Notes: a model not told the origin generated them from the letters alone. A stretch of DNA of 64,000 nucleotides from Thalassobaculaceae bacterium (GCA_965228875.1 OZ245843.1:3950616-4014615); one strand, 5' to 3'. Counted from the stretch's first letter, positions 42,704-52,341 are shown. Program-made: numbers and translations.

Positions 42704-44428
42704 ATGCCCGGAGGCTGCGCCATTTACATTGGCCAACAGCAGCTTCGCCAGCGCCACAACCCGTTCGGCAAGGACGTCGCGAACCGGAACCTCTACCGGG
42801 CCCTCATCGAACATGGCCCCTGGGACGATCAGCTCTTCCTGGTCCACAACCGGATCGATGCGGACGAGCTCGGCGCCAACCTGTTCGACGGCAAGGCCCC
42901 GCCGAAACCACTGTCCTCCACCTCGGTTCTGAACCATGGAGCAATCGCCGAGCGGGGTACCTTCCTGCGCGGACAGGCGAGCATCGGCGAGCTGTCCTGG
43001 CTCAGGCGGGCCGAGAAGGGCGAGCGCGACTACAGTTTCGTGGGGCTGATCCACTCGCTGGCGCCCCAGGCGATGCGGGCCTATACGGCCGACGTGCTCA
43101 CCACGCCGATCGAGCCCTGGGACGCGCTGATCTGCACCTCGCCGGCGGTCGAGCGCCATCTCAGGGCGCTGCTGAACGAGCAGGCCGACTTCGTGGCGTC
43201 GCGCTTCGCGCCCGCCGACGCGCGCCGGGCGCCGCCCCTGCCGCATCTGCCGGTGATCCCGCTCGGCGTCGACACCGACCGTTTCGTCGAGCGCGGCGAC
43301 CCCGCCCGCCGCGGCCCGGCGCGTCAGGCGCTCGACATTGATGACGGCACGCTCACCCTGCTCTGGGTCGGGCGGCTGTCGTTCTTCGAGAAAGCCTATC
43401 CCCAGGGAATGTTCGCCGCCGCCGAGGCGGCCGCCCGGCGGCTCGGCCGGCCGGTGCGCTTCCTCCTTGCCGGCTGGTTCCCGGCGGAGCAGCGGGATCG
43501 GGCCTTCTGGTCCGAGGCCGCCGCGCTCTACGCCCCGTCGGTCGACGTTCGATACCTGGACGGCAACGACCCGCGGATCATGGACCTCGTCTGGGCGGCG
43601 GCCGATGTCTTCGTCTCGATGGTCGACAACACCCAGGAGACCTTCGGCATCACGCCGGTCGAGGCGATGGCGTCGGGTCTTCCGGTGGTGGTCAGCGACT
43701 GGGACGGCTATCGGTTCACCGTCGAGGATGGTGTCACCGGCTTCCGGGTGCCGACGATGCTCGCCCCGGCCGGCGCCGGCGAACTGATCGCCCGGCGCCA
43801 TGCCCTGGGTATGGACAGCTACCAGTACTACGGCGCCCAGGTTGCCTCGCACGTGGCGGTCAACGTCCGGGTGGCGGCCGACGCGCTCGTCGCGCTGGCC
43901 GAGAACCCGGAGCGCGCCGCGCAGATGCGGGACACCGCCCGTGCCCGCGCCCGCGCCCGTTTCGACTGGTCGGTGGTGATTCCCCAGTATGTCGCGCTGT
44001 TCGACGAACTGGCGGCGCTCCGGGGCACCGCCCGCTCCCACGAGCAGGGGCCGGCGCCGCGCGAGAACCCGGCGCGCAACGACCCCTATGCCGCGTTCGC
44101 CGGTTTCGCCACCGATGTCATCGGCGATGACACCCGCCTGCGTCCTGCCGCGGCCGGCGGCGACCCAAAGGCGCACCACGACGTGACGCTGAACGGCATC
44201 ACCGCGGTCTGGCGGCTGTCGCCGGATCGGAGTGCCGAGATCCTGGCGGTGCTGACCGAACGGGGCGAGATGACGGCGGGCGAACTCGCCGCCCGCCTGG
44301 GCGAGGCCGACGGGAGCGCGCTCATGCGGCACCTGGTGTGGATGTGCAAGGTCGGCTTGATCGATTGGATTCCGGCGGACATGGTGGCGATCGACAGTCC
44401 CGGCGCCGGAGCCCGAGATGGCCAATGA
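42704..44428 (+). CDS. glycosyltransferase family 4
   Basis: ETFGITPVEAMASGLPVVVSDWDGY (E-x7-E) motif. Confidence 0.88.
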   Translation: MPGGCAIYIGQQQLRQRHNPFGKDVANRNLYRALIEHGPWDDQLFLVHNRIDADELGANLFDGKAPPKPLSSTSVLNHGAIAERGTFLRGQASIGELSWLRRAEKGERDYSFVGLIHSLAPQAMRAYTADVLTTPIEPWDALICTSPAVERHLRALLNEQADFVASRFAPADARRAPPLPHLPVIPLGVDTDRFVERGDPARRGPARQALDIDDGTLTLLWVGRLSFFEKAYPQGMFAAAEAAARRLGRPVRFLLAGWFPAEQRDRAFWSEAAALYAPSVDVRYLDGNDPRIMDLVWAAADVFVSMVDNTQETFGITPVEAMASGLPVVVSDWDGYRFTVEDGVTGFRVPTMLAPAGAGELIARRHALGMDSYQYYGAQVASHVAVNVRVAADALVALAENPERAAQMRDTARARARARFDWSVVIPQYVALFDELAALRGTARSHEQGPAPRENPARNDPYAAFAGFATDVIGDDTRLRPAAAGGDPKAHHDVTLNGITAVWRLSPDRSAEILAVLTERGEMTAGELAARLGEADGSALMRHLVWMCKVGLIDWIPADMVAIDSPGAGARDGQ

Positions 44429-45236
44429 CTTCAACAGCAACGCACTGGCGAAGGTGCGGGAGATCCTCGACACCGAACCCGACGAGGTCGAGGCCCTGCG
44501 CCGGATGCTCCGGATCCTGGCGTTCCACCGCTCGACCCTGATCGCCAACACCCTGTACCGCAACGGCGGCGGTCGGGTCCGGCGCGGCCCGTTTGCCGGG
44601 CTGCGGCTTCCGCCGGCGGCGACCGAGGGCTGCCTGGCGCCGAAGCTGCTGGGCGCCTACGAAGCGGACCTGCACCCGGTGATCGAGCGCATCGCCTATC
44701 GGGGCTACCGGAAGATCGTGAACATCGGCTGTGCCGAGGGGTACTACGCGGTCGGTCTGGCGTTGCGGCTGCCGGAGGCGATGGTGTTCGCCTACGACAT
44801 CGATGCCGGAGCGCGGGCCGCCACGCAGGACCTCGCCACGGCCCATGGGGTCGCCGACCGCGTGATCGTCGGCGCCGAGTTCACGGTCGCCGACTTCGCC
44901 GACCTGGATCCGGCCGAGACGTTCGTGTTCTGCGACATCGAGGGGGCGGAGATCGATCTTCTGACCCTCGGGCGGGCACCGTCCCTGCGCCACCTCGACA
45001 TCCTGGTCGAACTGCACAACCTGCCGGAAACGCCGGCCTACCGCGAGATGCTGGCGCCTTTCCGCGACACCCACGGACTCGAGCTGATCGAGGTCGGGGC
45101 GCGGGATATCGCCGACTTCCCGGAGCTGCGACCTTTCGAGCATCTCGACCAGTTGCTCGCGCTGTGGGAGCACCGGCGCGGCCCCAATCCCTGGGTGCTG
45201 ATGCTGGCGCGGGAGCGGACGGCTTCGCCTACATGA
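44418..45236 (+). CDS. SAM-dependent methyltransferase-like protein (FkbM-like)
   Basis: LLGAYE, NIGCAEGYY and CDIEGAE motifs; overlaps the GT stop. Confidence 0.7.
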   Translation: MANDFNSNALAKVREILDTEPDEVEALRRMLRILAFHRSTLIANTLYRNGGGRVRRGPFAGLRLPPAATEGCLAPKLLGAYEADLHPVIERIAYRGYRKIVNIGCAEGYYAVGLALRLPEAMVFAYDIDAGARAATQDLATAHGVADRVIVGAEFTVADFADLDPAETFVFCDIEGAEIDLLTLGRAPSLRHLDILVELHNLPETPAYREMLAPFRDTHGLELIEVGARDIADFPELRPFEHLDQLLALWEHRRGPNPWVLMLARERTASPT

Positions 45237-46632
45237 ACGCCTGGTCCTCGAACGCCGGCCCCTCGGTCGGCCCATGGGCCAGCGCCTCGGCGACGATCTT
45301 CAGCCCGGTGGCGGTATCCTCGAAGCTGGACGGACGTCCAAGGGCGAGGCGGATGCGTCCGCGGCCGGCTCCCGCGACCGTGGCGAACACCTCGCCGGCC
45401 GTGGTGACCACGCCGCGGTTCAGCAGGGCAGCCGCAGGATCGCTGCCGTCCCAGGTGTCCGGAACCCGCAGCCAGGCATGGGGGCTCGCCTCGGCGTGGA
45501 TCGAGACCAGCGGTCCGAGCCGCCGGCGGGCCTCGGCCGCCCGGGCGGTCTGAGCGCGGCGCTTGCCGGCGGCCAGTCGGTCCGCCGTGCCGTCGGCCAG
45601 CCACCGGGTCACCACCTCGACGGTCAGAGGGGCGGCCATCCAGATTGTGTCGCGGATCGCCGCCCGGCCGCGGGCGCGCAGCTGCGTCGGCATGTGCAGC
45701 GCCCCGACCCGCAGGCCGGGGGACAGGTGCTTGGACGCGCTGGTCAGATAGATCACCCGGTCCGGCGCCAGGGCGGCGATCGGCGGCGGCACGTCCGGAT
45801 CGGCGTAGGCGCGGTACAGGTCGTCCTCCACCACCGGCAGGCCGTGGCGCTCGACGATCCGGGCGATCTCCCGCCGCCGTGTCTCGCCGAAGGTCAGCGA
45901 GGTGGGATTGTGCACCGTCGGGATGACGAACAGCGCCTTGGGCCGGTGGTGGCGGATCGCCGCGTCCAGCGCATCGGGCGCCAGGCCGTCGCCGTCCCAG
46001 TCCACGCCCACCGTGCGCAGCCGCAGCGTCGACGCCACGCTGATGAAGCCCGGATGGGTCAGGCTGTCGCACAGGACGACGTCGCCCGGTTCGGTCAGCG
46101 ACTGCAGGGCCGAGGAGATGGCGTGCTGGGCGCCGGCGGTGATGAGGGTGGTCTCCGCCGTTGCCTGCACGCCGAGGCCGGCGATCCATTCGGCGACGAT
46201 GCCGCGATGCGCGCGGCGCCCGCCGTTGACGTCGTAGTCGGCGAGGCGCAGGTCGCGGGAATCGGCGAGGATCTCGGCCAGAGTGGCCTTCAGTGCCGCC
46301 TCCGACTCCGCCATCTCGGTCGGGAAGTTCAGGCCCATGTCGACCGGCGCCGGCTCGCTCTCGGCGTTGCGGCCCCAGCCGTGGGTACGGGGATCGCGCA
46401 CGAAGGTGCCGCGGCCGATCTCGCCGTCGACCAGACCGCGCGCGGTCACTTCTTTGTAGGCGCGGGTGACCGTCCCCACGGTGACCCCCAGGCGCCAGGC
46501 CAGATCGCGGTGGGTCGGCAGGCGCGTTCCGACGGCGAGGCGGCCGGCCTGGATGTCGTCGGCGATCGCCTCGGCGATGGCGCGGTAGCGCGGTCCGGTG
46601 CGTCGGGCGATGTCCGGCAGCCAATGTGTCAT
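45229..46632 (-). CDS. MocR/GabR-family regulator (GntR HTH + PLP aminotransferase domain)
   Basis: RLPTHRDLA...TVTRAY HTH, HNPT, EDDLY and SASKHLSPGLRVG. Confidence 0.93.
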   Translation of the reverse strand: MTHWLPDIARRTGPRYRAIAEAIADDIQAGRLAVGTRLPTHRDLAWRLGVTVGTVTRAYKEVTARGLVDGEIGRGTFVRDPRTHGWGRNAESEPAPVDMGLNFPTEMAESEAALKATLAEILADSRDLRLADYDVNGGRRAHRGIVAEWIAGLGVQATAETTLITAGAQHAISSALQSLTEPGDVVLCDSLTHPGFISVASTLRLRTVGVDWDGDGLAPDALDAAIRHHRPKALFVIPTVHNPTSLTFGETRRREIARIVERHGLPVVEDDLYRAYADPDVPPPIAALAPDRVIYLTSASKHLSPGLRVGALHMPTQLRARGRAAIRDTIWMAAPLTVEVVTRWLADGTADRLAAGKRRAQTARAAEARRRLGPLVSIHAEASPHAWLRVPDTWDGSDPAAALLNRGVVTTAGEVFATVAGAGRGRIRLALGRPSSFEDTATGLKIVAEALAHGPTEGPAFEDQAFM

Positions 46633-46666
46633 GGTGACAATGTTCCGCTTGAACCGAATGTATCGA

Positions 46667-46708
46667 AACAATATTCCAGACAATCAGGAAGACAATCGAA
46701 ACATTGTC
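46667..46708. promoter_or_regulatory. candidate MocR operator: three direct (G/A)ACAAT plus one inverted ATTGTC, 12-bp period
   Basis: Motifs start at 46667, 46679, 46691 and 46703; an extra GACAAT lies at 46636. Confidence 0.65.
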
Positions 46709-46758
46709 TCCGTGACAGGCCCCGCCCGTTGGAGCCGCCCGCCCCGAAGGAACAAGAC

Positions 46759-47751
46759 ATGCCGCCCAGTGCCGCCCTCGACCGTCTGAACGCCGCCGCC
46801 GACATCGTCTATTCGGTGATGGGGCCGACGCCGCAATATGCCTGGCCGCTGCTTGGCGCGCGGGTCGGCGCGGAGGTCTGGGTAAAGCACGAGAACCACA
46901 CCCCGGCCGGCGCCTTCAAGATCCGCGGCGGCTCGGTCTATGTCGATCACCTGCGCCGCACGCAGCCGGAGGTGACCGGCGTGATCGCCGCCACCCGCGG
47001 CAATCACGGTCAGTCCGTCGCTATTGCTGCCCGGCGGGCCGGGTTGAGCGCGACCATCGTCGTGCCGGAAGGCAACTCGGTGGAGAAGAACGCGGCCATG
47101 CGGGCCTGGGGCGGCGAGCTGCTGGTCCACGGCCGCGACTTCCAGGAATCCTTCGAGCACGCGCAGGCGCTGGCCCAGGCGCGGGACCTGCACATGTTCG
47201 GCAGTTTCCACGACCTGCTGGTCGATGGCGTGGCCACCTATGCCATGGAATTCTTCAAGGCGGCGCCGGATCTGGAGGCCGTGTTCGTGCCCATCGGCCT
47301 CGGCTCCGGCATCTGCGCGGTGATGGCGGCGCGCGACGCGCTCGGCCTGACGACGCAGGTCTGGGGCGTGGTGTCGGAGAGCGCTCCGGCCTATGCGCTG
47401 AGCTTCGCCGCCGGCCACCCGGTGTCGACGAACGCGACCGCCGCGCGGCCGACCATCGCCGACGGCGTCGACTGCCGCGTACCCAATGCCGACGCGTTCG
47501 AGCGGATCAGGACCGGCGCGGCCGGAATCATTAAAGTCTCGGACGACGAGATCAAGGCGGCGATGCGCGCCTACTACACCGATACCCACAACATCGCCGA
47601 GGGCGCGGGCGCCGTCCCGCTGGCGGGCCTGATGCAGACCCGAGATCGATGGCAGGGGCGCAAGGTTGGCGTCGTACTGTCCGGTGGTAATGTGGACATG
47701 GACGTCTATCGTGAGGTCCTGACGGCAAGCGACGCGAAAGGTGCATCATGA
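46759..47751 (+). CDS. PLP-dependent threonine/serine dehydratase-like enzyme (no ACT domain)
   Basis: KHENHTPAGAFKIRGG, TRGNHG, PIGLGSG and SGGN motifs. Confidence 0.88.
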   Translation: MPPSAALDRLNAAADIVYSVMGPTPQYAWPLLGARVGAEVWVKHENHTPAGAFKIRGGSVYVDHLRRTQPEVTGVIAATRGNHGQSVAIAARRAGLSATIVVPEGNSVEKNAAMRAWGGELLVHGRDFQESFEHAQALAQARDLHMFGSFHDLLVDGVATYAMEFFKAAPDLEAVFVPIGLGSGICAVMAARDALGLTTQVWGVVSESAPAYALSFAAGHPVSTNATAARPTIADGVDCRVPNADAFERIRTGAAGIIKVSDDEIKAAMRAYYTDTHNIAEGAGAVPLAGLMQTRDRWQGRKVGVVLSGGNVDMDVYREVLTASDAKGAS

Positions 47752-48464
47752 CCGAGGAGCTGTTCCGCGAGGACTCCTACCTCACCTCCTGCGAGGCCAC
47801 GGTGACCGCCGTCGGCGAAGAGGGCATCGTCCTGGACCGCACGGTGTTCTATCCGACCGGCGGCGGCCAGCCCGGCGACACCGGCACGCTGACCACGGCG
47901 GACGGTCGCAGCGTGACGGTCGCCGACACCCGCAAGGGCAAGGCGCTGGACGGCATCGTCCACGTCCCGGCGGAAGGCGCGCCGACGCTGGCGGTGGGCG
48001 ACGCGGTGACCGCCGCCATCGACTGGGATCGGCGCCACCGTCTGATGCGGATGCACACGGCGATGCACGTGCTGTGTTCGCTCGTCGACGGCGGGGTGAC
48101 CGGCGGCCAGGTTGGCGATCCCAAGAGCCGTCTCGACTTCAACCTCGAACCGGAGAACGTGCCGGAGAAGGACGCGCTGTCCGAGAAGCTCAACGCCGTC
48201 GTCGCCGGCGATCACCAGATCGCCATCGGCTGGATCACCGAGGCCGAACTCGAGGCCAACCCCGACCTGGTGCGGACGATGTCGGTGAAACCGCCGATGG
48301 GGGCCGGCAAGGTGCGGATGATCCGCATCGGCGACACGGTCGACTATCAGCCCTGCGGCGGGACGCATGTGCGTTCCACCGGCGAGATCGGCCGGCTGGA
48401 GGTCACCAAGATCGAGAACAAGGGCAAGCAGAACCGCCGGATCAACATCGCCCTCGCCGACTGA
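47748..48464 (+). CDS. AlaX-type alanyl-tRNA trans-editing protein
   Basis: FYPTGGGQPGD, HTAMH and CGGTH zinc motifs. Confidence 0.92.
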   Translation: MTEELFREDSYLTSCEATVTAVGEEGIVLDRTVFYPTGGGQPGDTGTLTTADGRSVTVADTRKGKALDGIVHVPAEGAPTLAVGDAVTAAIDWDRRHRLMRMHTAMHVLCSLVDGGVTGGQVGDPKSRLDFNLEPENVPEKDALSEKLNAVVAGDHQIAIGWITEAELEANPDLVRTMSVKPPMGAGKVRMIRIGDTVDYQPCGGTHVRSTGEIGRLEVTKIENKGKQNRRINIALAD

Positions 48465-48524
48465 GAACCGTCGCACGCGAGGCCGCCGCAACGCGCCGCA
48501 CGGCGCGAACGGGAGAGGTGCATC

Positions 48525-49436
48525 ATGTCCCTGACCTTCGAGACCGTCGACGTGTTCACCGACACCCGTTTCGGCGGCAACCCCCTTGCCGTGGTGTTCG
48601 GTGCCGAGGGCCTGGCGACGGAGCGGTTGCAGGCGATCGCCCGGGAGTTCAATTACTCGGAAACGACCTTCGTCCTGCCACCGGAGGATCCGGCCAACAC
48701 CGCGCGGGTCCGGATCTTCTCGACCAAGCGGGAGATGCCGTTCGCCGGACACCCGAACGTGGGAACCGCGGCGGTGGTCGGCTGGCGCGGGGAGCTGTTC
48801 GGCCGGACCCTGGATGATGTGTTGCGTTTCGAGGAACTGGCGGGGGTCGTTCCGATGGCCCTGCGGCGCGAGGATGGCCGGGTCGTGTCGGCGACCCTGA
48901 CCGCGCCGGAGCCGTTCTCCGTGACGTGTGAGGTTCCGGTCGGTGAGATCGCGGCCTGCCTCGGCCTGCCGGTGGAGGCGGTGCTCGTCACCCGCCACAC
49001 GCCGGTGGTCGGCTCGGTCGGCCTGCCCTTCATCCTGGCCGAACTGCGCGACGCGTCGGCGGTCCGCGAGGCATCGCCGGTCCGCGAACGTTTCGCCGAT
49101 CAGCCGGCGGTGGCGGCGGTCGGTGCGATCCTCTGCTACGCAGACTGCACCGGGAGCGACGCCGGGGACGAGGCCGACATCCGCGCGCGCATGTTCGCGC
49201 CGATCCGCAATGTGGCCGAGGATCCGGCCACGGGCAGCGCGTGCGGGGCGCTCATGGGCCTGCTCGGCACCCTGGAACCCGGGGCGGGCACCCTCGGTAA
49301 ACGCATTGCCCAGGGGGTGGAGATGGGCCGCCCGTCGCTGATCCAGGGATCGGTGGACCATGCGGGCGGCAACAGCCTGGCGGTGCGCATCGGCGGCGGG
49401 TCGGTCGCGGTGATGCGTGGCGAGATCGAGATCTGA
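48525..49436 (+). CDS. PhzF-family isomerase, copy 1
   Basis: DVFT, GNPLAV, SETTF, PFAGHP, EDPATGSA and QGVEMGRPS motifs. Confidence 0.92.
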   Translation: MSLTFETVDVFTDTRFGGNPLAVVFGAEGLATERLQAIAREFNYSETTFVLPPEDPANTARVRIFSTKREMPFAGHPNVGTAAVVGWRGELFGRTLDDVLRFEELAGVVPMALRREDGRVVSATLTAPEPFSVTCEVPVGEIAACLGLPVEAVLVTRHTPVVGSVGLPFILAELRDASAVREASPVRERFADQPAVAAVGAILCYADCTGSDAGDEADIRARMFAPIRNVAEDPATGSACGALMGLLGTLEPGAGTLGKRIAQGVEMGRPSLIQGSVDHAGGNSLAVRIGGGSVAVMRGEIEI

Positions 49437-49446
49437 GGAGCGTGAG

Positions 49447-50355
49447 ATGACCCTGACCTACGAGACCGTCGACGTGTTCACCGACACTGCCTTCGGCGGC
49501 AATCCACTGGCCGTGGTGTTCGGCGCAGAGGACCTGTCGAGCGATCGGATGCAGGCGATCGCCGTCGAGTTCGGCTACTCGGAGACGACCTTCGTCCTGC
49601 CGCCGAAGGATCCGGCCAACACCGCGCAGGTCCGCATCTTCACCCCGACCCGAGAAGTGCCCTTCGCCGGCCATCCCAACGTGGGTACGGCGACGGTGCT
49701 CGCCTGGCGGGGGACCGCGTTCGGCCGGCCAGTGGGCGACGCGGTGCGCTTCGAGGAGGGCGCCGGCCTGGTCCCGGTCTCGATCCTGAGCGAGGGCGGT
49801 CTGCCCGTCGGCGCCCAACTCACCGCGCCGCAGCCGTTCCGGCGCGGGGAGGCGGTGCCGGTCGCCGATGTCGCCGCCTGCCTCGGGCTGGATGAAGCGG
49901 CGATCCGCGCCGACCGTCATCCTCCGGTCGGCGGCTCGGTCGGGCTCGAGTTCATTCTGGTCGAGCTGACCGATCGCGCGGCGCTGGCGGCGGCGCGTCC
50001 GATCAGGGCGGAGTTCGAGGCCCGACTCGCCGACCGCCCGGTCTTCGACATCCACTGTTACGTCCGGGCGGAACCAGGCGACACGGTCGACATCCGGGCC
50101 CGGATGTTCGCACCGCTGGACGATATCGACGAGGATCCGGCGACCGGCAGCGCCAATGGTGCCCTGCTCGGGCTGCTGGCGGATCTCGACGGGCCGGCGG
50201 ACGGGCCGCTCGCCTACCGCATCGCCCAGGGCGTGGAGATGGGGCGGCCGTCGCTGGTGCTGGGCGAGGTCGACCGGTCCGGGGGTCAGACCGGGGCGGT
50301 GCGGATCGGCGGCAGCTGCGTGGCGATGATGCGGGGCGAGATCGTCGCGCCGTGA
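49447..50355 (+). CDS. PhzF-family isomerase, copy 2
   Basis: Same motif set as copy 1; clear tandem paralogue. Confidence 0.92.
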   Translation: MTLTYETVDVFTDTAFGGNPLAVVFGAEDLSSDRMQAIAVEFGYSETTFVLPPKDPANTAQVRIFTPTREVPFAGHPNVGTATVLAWRGTAFGRPVGDAVRFEEGAGLVPVSILSEGGLPVGAQLTAPQPFRRGEAVPVADVAACLGLDEAAIRADRHPPVGGSVGLEFILVELTDRAALAAARPIRAEFEARLADRPVFDIHCYVRAEPGDTVDIRARMFAPLDDIDEDPATGSANGALLGLLADLDGPADGPLAYRIAQGVEMGRPSLVLGEVDRSGGQTGAVRIGGSCVAMMRGEIVAP

Positions 50356-50837
50356 CGCTGCTCGTCGTCATCGCGCCGGCGGCCTCGCCCGGAGATCGCG
50401 CCGCCTTCGCCGGCCTGGTCCGCGAATACGTGGACTGGCTGGCGATCGATCTCGGCTATCAGGGGCTGGAGGCGGAACTGGCGGCGCTCGATCGGGTCTA
50501 CGCCGCGCCCGGCACGATCCTGCTGGCGCGGTCGGCGCCGGGGGATGTCCTCGGCGGCATAGCGGTCAAGCCTCTGCCGGATCTCGGAACCGGGATCTGC
50601 GAGATGAAGCGGCTCTACGTCCGTCCGGCCGGGCGTGGGCTGGGCCTCGGTCGGCGGCTTGCGGAGGCGGCGATGGACGCGGCCCGGCAGGCCGGGTTCG
50701 TCGCCATGGTCCTGGACACCATCCCCGGCCGCATGGGCGACGCGGTGGCGCTGTACGGCCGGCTCGGGTTCACGCCGCGCGCGGCGTATTACGACACCCC
50801 GGTCGCCGAGACCCTGTTCCTGGAGCGCCCGCTCTGA
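50352..50837 (+). CDS. GNAT family N-acetyltransferase
   Basis: CEMKRLYVRP..RGLGLG and LYGRLGF; GTG overlaps the upstream stop. Confidence 0.88.
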   Translation: MTLLVVIAPAASPGDRAAFAGLVREYVDWLAIDLGYQGLEAELAALDRVYAAPGTILLARSAPGDVLGGIAVKPLPDLGTGICEMKRLYVRPAGRGLGLGRRLAEAAMDAARQAGFVAMVLDTIPGRMGDAVALYGRLGFTPRAAYYDTPVAETLFLERPL

Positions 50838-50864
50838 TCCCTGCCGGCTTTGACGCCTGGGGCC

Positions 50865-52235
50865 TCAGGCGCGCGGCCAGACCGGATGGTGGTCGTCGAT
50901 GACGTAGGCATGGGCGTGGCGTAGCGGCCCGTGGCGGTGGGGGTGCACATGCGGCTCGGGCCCCTCCCAGCCCTCGTGATGGTGCTGGTGATGGGCGTCA
51001 TGGACGTGCTCGTGGGTGTGTTCGTGCTCCGGGTGGTCGTGCTCGAGGACCGTGGCGTCGTCCCTCGGCCAGAGCAGGGCCGCCGCCACGGTGCCGACGG
51101 CGGCGACGGCGGCGAGCGCCAGGAAGGCGATCCAGACCGCGTCGAGCCGGCCGAGGACGCCGGCCAGCGGGTAGGCGGCAAGCCAGCACAGGTGGCTGAG
51201 CGCGAACTGGGCGGCGAACACCGCCGGTCGGGACTCGTCGTCGGAAGAGCGGGCGATGAGGCGGCCGGCCGGCGTCGAGATCAGCGACCCGGCCAGTCCG
51301 AGCGCCGTCCAGGTCAGCGCCAGAGTGACCAGGTCGCCGGCGGCCGTGCCGACAAGCAGCGCGCCCGCGACCCCGGCGCCGCCGGCCAGCATCGCCGCGC
51401 GATCCGTCACCCGGTCCAGCAGCCACGGCAGGGTCAGTGCGGCCAGCATCGATCCGCCGCCGAGTGCCGCCATCAGCAGGGCCACGTCGCTCTCCCCGCC
51501 GCCCAGGCGGACGCGAACCAGGACGATGGTGTTGACGATCGCCATCGCGCCGCCGGCCGAGACCGCCACGTACAGCGCGAGCAGCCCGCGCAGCCTCGGG
51601 GTGGCAAGGAAGATCCGCACGCCCTGGGTGGCCCGGTCGGCGAACGGCCGGTCACCGGACGTCTTCGGTGCCGGCAGGCGGCAGGACAGGATCAGCACCG
51701 CCGACAGCGCGAAGGTCGCCGCGTTGGCGGCGAACAGCGCGTCGTAGCTGAGGACGGCCAGGGCCAGCGCGGCGAGGCCGGGACTGGCGAGGTTCTCGAT
51801 GTCGTAGGTCAGGCGCGAGAGCGCCAGCGCCCTGGTGTAGGTCTCGGTGTCCGGCAGAACCTCCGGCACCGTCGCCTGAAACGCCGGCGTGAACCCGGCG
51901 GCACAGAACTGAAGCGCCAGGAACAGGGCGTAGACCTGCCAGATCTCGGTGACGAACGGCATGCCGAGGACGATCGCCGCCCGGGCGATGTCCAGCGCCA
52001 CCAGCAGCCGTCGGCGGTCGAGCCGGCGGGCGGCGGCGCCGATGACCGGCGCCAGCACCACGTAGATCACCATCTTCAGCGCCAGCATGAACCCCAGCAC
52101 GACGCCGGCGTCGCCGCCCGCCAGATCGTAGGCCAGCAGCGCGAGGGCGACGGTGGTCAGCCCGGTCCCGATCAGACTGGTGGCCTGGGCGGCGAACAGA
52201 CGGCGGAAGACCGGATGGGCGAGGGGCGTCAGCAT
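50865..52235 (-). CDS. MFS transporter with His-rich C-terminal tail (NreB-like metal efflux)
   Basis: About 12 TM segments, FAAQFALSH and tail HDHPEHEHTHEHVHDAHHQHHH...HAHAYVIDDHH. Confidence 0.85.
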   Translation of the reverse strand: MLTPLAHPVFRRLFAAQATSLIGTGLTTVALALLAYDLAGGDAGVVLGFMLALKMVIYVVLAPVIGAAARRLDRRRLLVALDIARAAIVLGMPFVTEIWQVYALFLALQFCAAGFTPAFQATVPEVLPDTETYTRALALSRLTYDIENLASPGLAALALAVLSYDALFAANAATFALSAVLILSCRLPAPKTSGDRPFADRATQGVRIFLATPRLRGLLALYVAVSAGGAMAIVNTIVLVRVRLGGGESDVALLMAALGGGSMLAALTLPWLLDRVTDRAAMLAGGAGVAGALLVGTAAGDLVTLALTWTALGLAGSLISTPAGRLIARSSDDESRPAVFAAQFALSHLCWLAAYPLAGVLGRLDAVWIAFLALAAVAAVGTVAAALLWPRDDATVLEHDHPEHEHTHEHVHDAHHQHHHEGWEGPEPHVHPHRHGPLRHAHAYVIDDHHPVWPRA

Positions 52236-52341
52236 GGCGCAAGCACAGCGCCCGTCCGGTGGCGAGTCAAGGCCCGGGGTCCGCATCCGGTGCCCTGGAA
52301 CCCGCAGACTCCGGCGTCGGAGGCGCTCGGGGTGCCGAGGT

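Noticed and set aside
45274..46758. Long N-terminal extension on the dehydratase ORF
   Set aside because: Antisense to mocR; the real start is the ATG at 46759 after an AAGGA RBS.
48525..50355. Phenazine biosynthesis cluster
   Set aside because: Only PhzF-family genes are present; no phzA/B, D, E or G nearby.
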